64,000 bases of DNA from Caldilineaceae bacterium (GTDB lineage Bacteria; Chloroflexota; Anaerolineae; Caldilineales; Caldilineaceae). The first letter of the stretch is position 1; every line of letters starts with the position of its first letter. Location of the stretch: contig CBDCQZ010000002.1 in assembly GCA_965220715.1 (NCBI GenBank), forward strand, positions 9,332 to 73,331. The letters run 5' to 3'. Below the pieces are notes generated by a model that was given only the letters and a program-made list of their open reading frames with translations, had not been told where the DNA came from and ran no database searches. Both the position numbers and the translations under genes were made by a program. Below are positions 61,724 to 64,000 of the stretch, in pieces.

Positions 61724-64000
61724 TTATCCAAGTGCAAATCGGCCCTGGCGCGACGGGCTGACATTGCCTCGGGTCTTAATATGGTTGCTGAGGGACTCCA
61801 GGAGCGAGCGCTCTTCGGAGCCGGCCTCGGCCAGTTCGATCAGCGCCTGCAGGATCTGGGCGAAGAGAGCGTTGCGTGGCAGGCCGCGTTCGTCGAGGTA
61901 ACTGTTCACCTTGCCTTGATCGCCGCCGCGCCAAAGCTGCATCAGCTTATGCACCTGGTCGATCAGCGGCACAGGCCGCCCGCCCGCCCCCTGCAGACCT
62001 AGATTGCGGCCCGTGCGCCGGTTCCAGGGCTTGAGCTTGACCTTGGCACCACCGCCGCTGCCGGATTCGTCCTCTTCCCCGCTATTTTCTTCATCCTCTT
62101 CGTTGCGGCCCCGCCCCTGCGCCAACAGGTCGTGCTGTTTCACCAGGGTGGCGTCGGAGAGGTTGCAGGAAAGGGCGTAGAGGATACAGCCGCCGACCGG
62201 CGCTTCGGCCATGCCGAAATCGTGCCGGTGCAGCAGGTAGTATGTGGTGACGTCGTCCAATCCGGTCACTGTCTCTTCGCCGTCCTGGGTCAGCACGCGG
62301 CCTACGACGAAATCGACGACCATGCGCCGCACCTCGCGCAGGAACTCAGAGACGCTCATCAGCTGATTGGGATCGTTGGCCTTCTTGACGACCGGGTACT
62401 TGCTGAACGCCTCCAGCGCCGGCCCAGTCGCCGCCCACACGAAGTCCGGCCCGCGAATGCCGGCGTCCCAGAAGTCGCGCAGTTGCTTGGTAATGTTTTC
62501 CCGCATTTCCTGCAGTACGCTACTGTCCCAGCCGGGGCGTGGACTCTGGCGCTTCCGACAGACCAACCATATGGACGATGCAAGTGAAGAGCGGCCATAG
62601 TTACGAACTCCACCGCGCATTTCCGTAGCAATTGGCCAACTTGCATTTACAGCGAAACCTGCACGAATTATGGCTGATACAAGTGTCTCCCAAGCATCCG
62701 GTTGCTTGTTGGCAAAAACTACAACGAGGTATCCTTCCTTTGCTAGTGCTAACCCGCAGGCATTGAACGCCCGGAACATTCCATCTTCATAGTTAATCTT
62801 CGATTTTTTCCTGTCTCCATCGAAACGTGACGAATCATCGATCAATTCACCATCGTGATCGATACTGCTCCATTTGGGTCCTAGCAGATCCTTGAATGAT
62901 TTGTCGATTTCCGGTGAAATGCCATGTAATGTACGGCGCAGCCAAACGTAGAAGAAGTCCATCAAGTCAGAGTAAGGTATTGCATCGTAGTACGGAGGAT
63001 CGGTAACAACCAAGTCATGCTCTTCAACCGGCACGATTGCGCTCTGGCACAACACTCTTGGTGAGTCACAATCCTGGGAGACAGCAGTTCCCAAGGAATC
63101 AAGGACCCTGCTAACATTCGTGACTCCGCCCGCAAAAAACCTGTCCACCGTGGCAAGCGGGTTTCCTTCAGCGAAATCCCAAGTAATCGGCAGCGCAAAA
63201 CGCAAAAAGGTCTGTTTAACTTCGGATGCAACCGACTCCCATAAACAAAGGGTACTCAAATAATTGATCGCTCTGTCCAGGCAAACTGAAAGCATCAAGG
63301 TCGTTGCAATTGCCCAATCGGATTCATCTTGAAGGGCACTAACGGTTCGGATACTTCTGATAGGCCCAATGAGGGCTCCGATTGCTAAGAGTTGCCGATT
63401 CGTAAACAGCTTACGCCAAGTGTCGAAGCCATAGTTGTATACACCAGAAAACTGGGTCTTGGTCGGGGTCGGTTCTTCCGGCAGCCCGAACGGAATGTCG
63501 GCGTACAACGCCTGCAACTGCTCCTCTGTCACTTCCGCCGCTGACAGCTCATGCTCCGTCGGCAGGCGGTACTCCTTGCCCTTCGGCCCGTTGACGACAA
63601 CGGCGGTCATAACCGCGCCCAACCGCCCCGCCCGCCCCTCCAGGCGGATATCCTGCATGGTCATGATGACGCCGCAGCAGGGGCAGGTTGCGCCGGTGCG
63701 CGACATGGTGCCGCCGCCGATGCGTTTATCGTGTTCCCGCCGCTGCGCCGCGTTGCCGCCGACGCGCGGGACGTCGGCCTCAACCCCGAAGACGACGCCT
63801 GTGCGCCCGGCATCCGGCTCCATCGTCAGCAGGACGCGCTTGCGCTCCTTCTTGCACAGCCAGCGCGTCTTGAGCAGGGCCAGCATGGCGCGGCACTGCT
63901 TGCAGGTCACGATACGCGCCCACAGATAGGCCACGGTCGGCTTGGCGATCCAGCGGGGATTGCGCGGGTCACGCAGATAGGTTTCGTTATACCCGGCGTT
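61724..64000 (-). CDS. DUF1156-family DNA methyltransferase (5-prime end lies beyond the window)
   Basis: AYLWARIVTCKQCRAMLALLKTRWL (DUF1156 zinc-ribbon region). VVTDPPYYDAIPYSDLMDFFYVWL (motif IV, DPPY). The reading frame stays open to position 64000. Confidence 0.75.
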   Translation of the reverse strand, partial: NAGYNETYLRDPRNPRWIAKPTVAYLWARIVTCKQCRAMLALLKTRWLCKKERKRVLLTMEPDAGRTGVVFGVEADVPRVGGNAAQRREHDKRIGGGTMSRTGATCPCCGVIMTMQDIRLEGRAGRLGAVMTAVVVNGPKGKEYRLPTEHELSAAEVTEEQLQALYADIPFGLPEEPTPTKTQFSGVYNYGFDTWRKLFTNRQLLAIGALIGPIRSIRTVSALQDESDWAIATTLMLSVCLDRAINYLSTLCLWESVASEVKQTFLRFALPITWDFAEGNPLATVDRFFAGGVTNVSRVLDSLGTAVSQDCDSPRVLCQSAIVPVEEHDLVVTDPPYYDAIPYSDLMDFFYVWLRRTLHGISPEIDKSFKDLLGPKWSSIDHDGELIDDSSRFDGDRKKSKINYEDGMFRAFNACGLALAKEGYLVVVFANKQPDAWETLVSAIIRAGFAVNASWPIATEMRGGVRNYGRSSLASSIWLVCRKRQSPRPGWDSSVLQEMRENITKQLRDFWDAGIRGPDFVWAATGPALEAFSKYPVVKKANDPNQLMSVSEFLREVRRMVVDFVVGRVLTQDGEETVTGLDDVTTYYLLHRHDFGMAEAPVGGCILYALSCNLSDATLVKQHDLLAQGRGRNEEDEENSGEEDESGSGGGAKVKLKPWNRRTGRNLGLQGAGGRPVPLIDQVHKLMQLWRGGDQGKVNSYLDERGLPRNALFAQILQALIELAEAGSEERSLLESLSNHIKTRGNVSPSRQGRFALG

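Overview
High-GC bacterial chromosomal DNA. I saw no rRNA, tRNA or CRISPR array. From about 14.4 kb onward the window is one long mosaic of defence genes and mobile-element debris. All domain calls come from motifs read by eye in the translations; no database search was run.

Left to right:
- A tyrosine recombinase flanked by inverted dif/lox-like 13-6-13 sites.
- A 1789-aa secreted plant-type LRR protein with tandem coding repeats and a near-identical 1-kb internal duplication.
- The AddAB helicase-nuclease pair.
- A decayed HigBA-like module, a T5orf172/GIY-YIG-like gene and a truncated solute-binding gene.
- An SbcCD-like pair.
- An OLD-family ATPase-TOPRIM nuclease with a small partner.
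- An AbiEi/AbiEii-like pair and an intact VapBC.
- A five-gene operon built around a long prokaryotic Argonaute with an apparently intact DEDD tetrad. Its partners are an XRE-HTH, a Cas4-like PD-(D/E)xK nuclease, a small helical protein and an HExxH zincin-like protein. The operon sits between an integrase 3-prime remnant and a full integrase. This is my best candidate for an undescribed system.
- A nucleotidyltransferase-HTH pair.
- A 7.9-kb block bounded by IS3 ends. It carries a 1500-aa nuclease-NTPase-HEAT protein, an AlbA_2/Schlafen-like protein and a VapBC whose toxin has two nonsense codons.
- A 1231-aa SIR2 protein and a membrane pentapeptide-repeat protein.
- A DUF499 ATPase and a DUF1156 methyltransferase, separated by about 10.8 kb of accreted material: three copies (one intact) of an ABC-like ATPase + DUF4276 cassette, an IS1595-like element with passenger genes, an FRG-domain gene, an IS3 copy and a small SIR2 gene.
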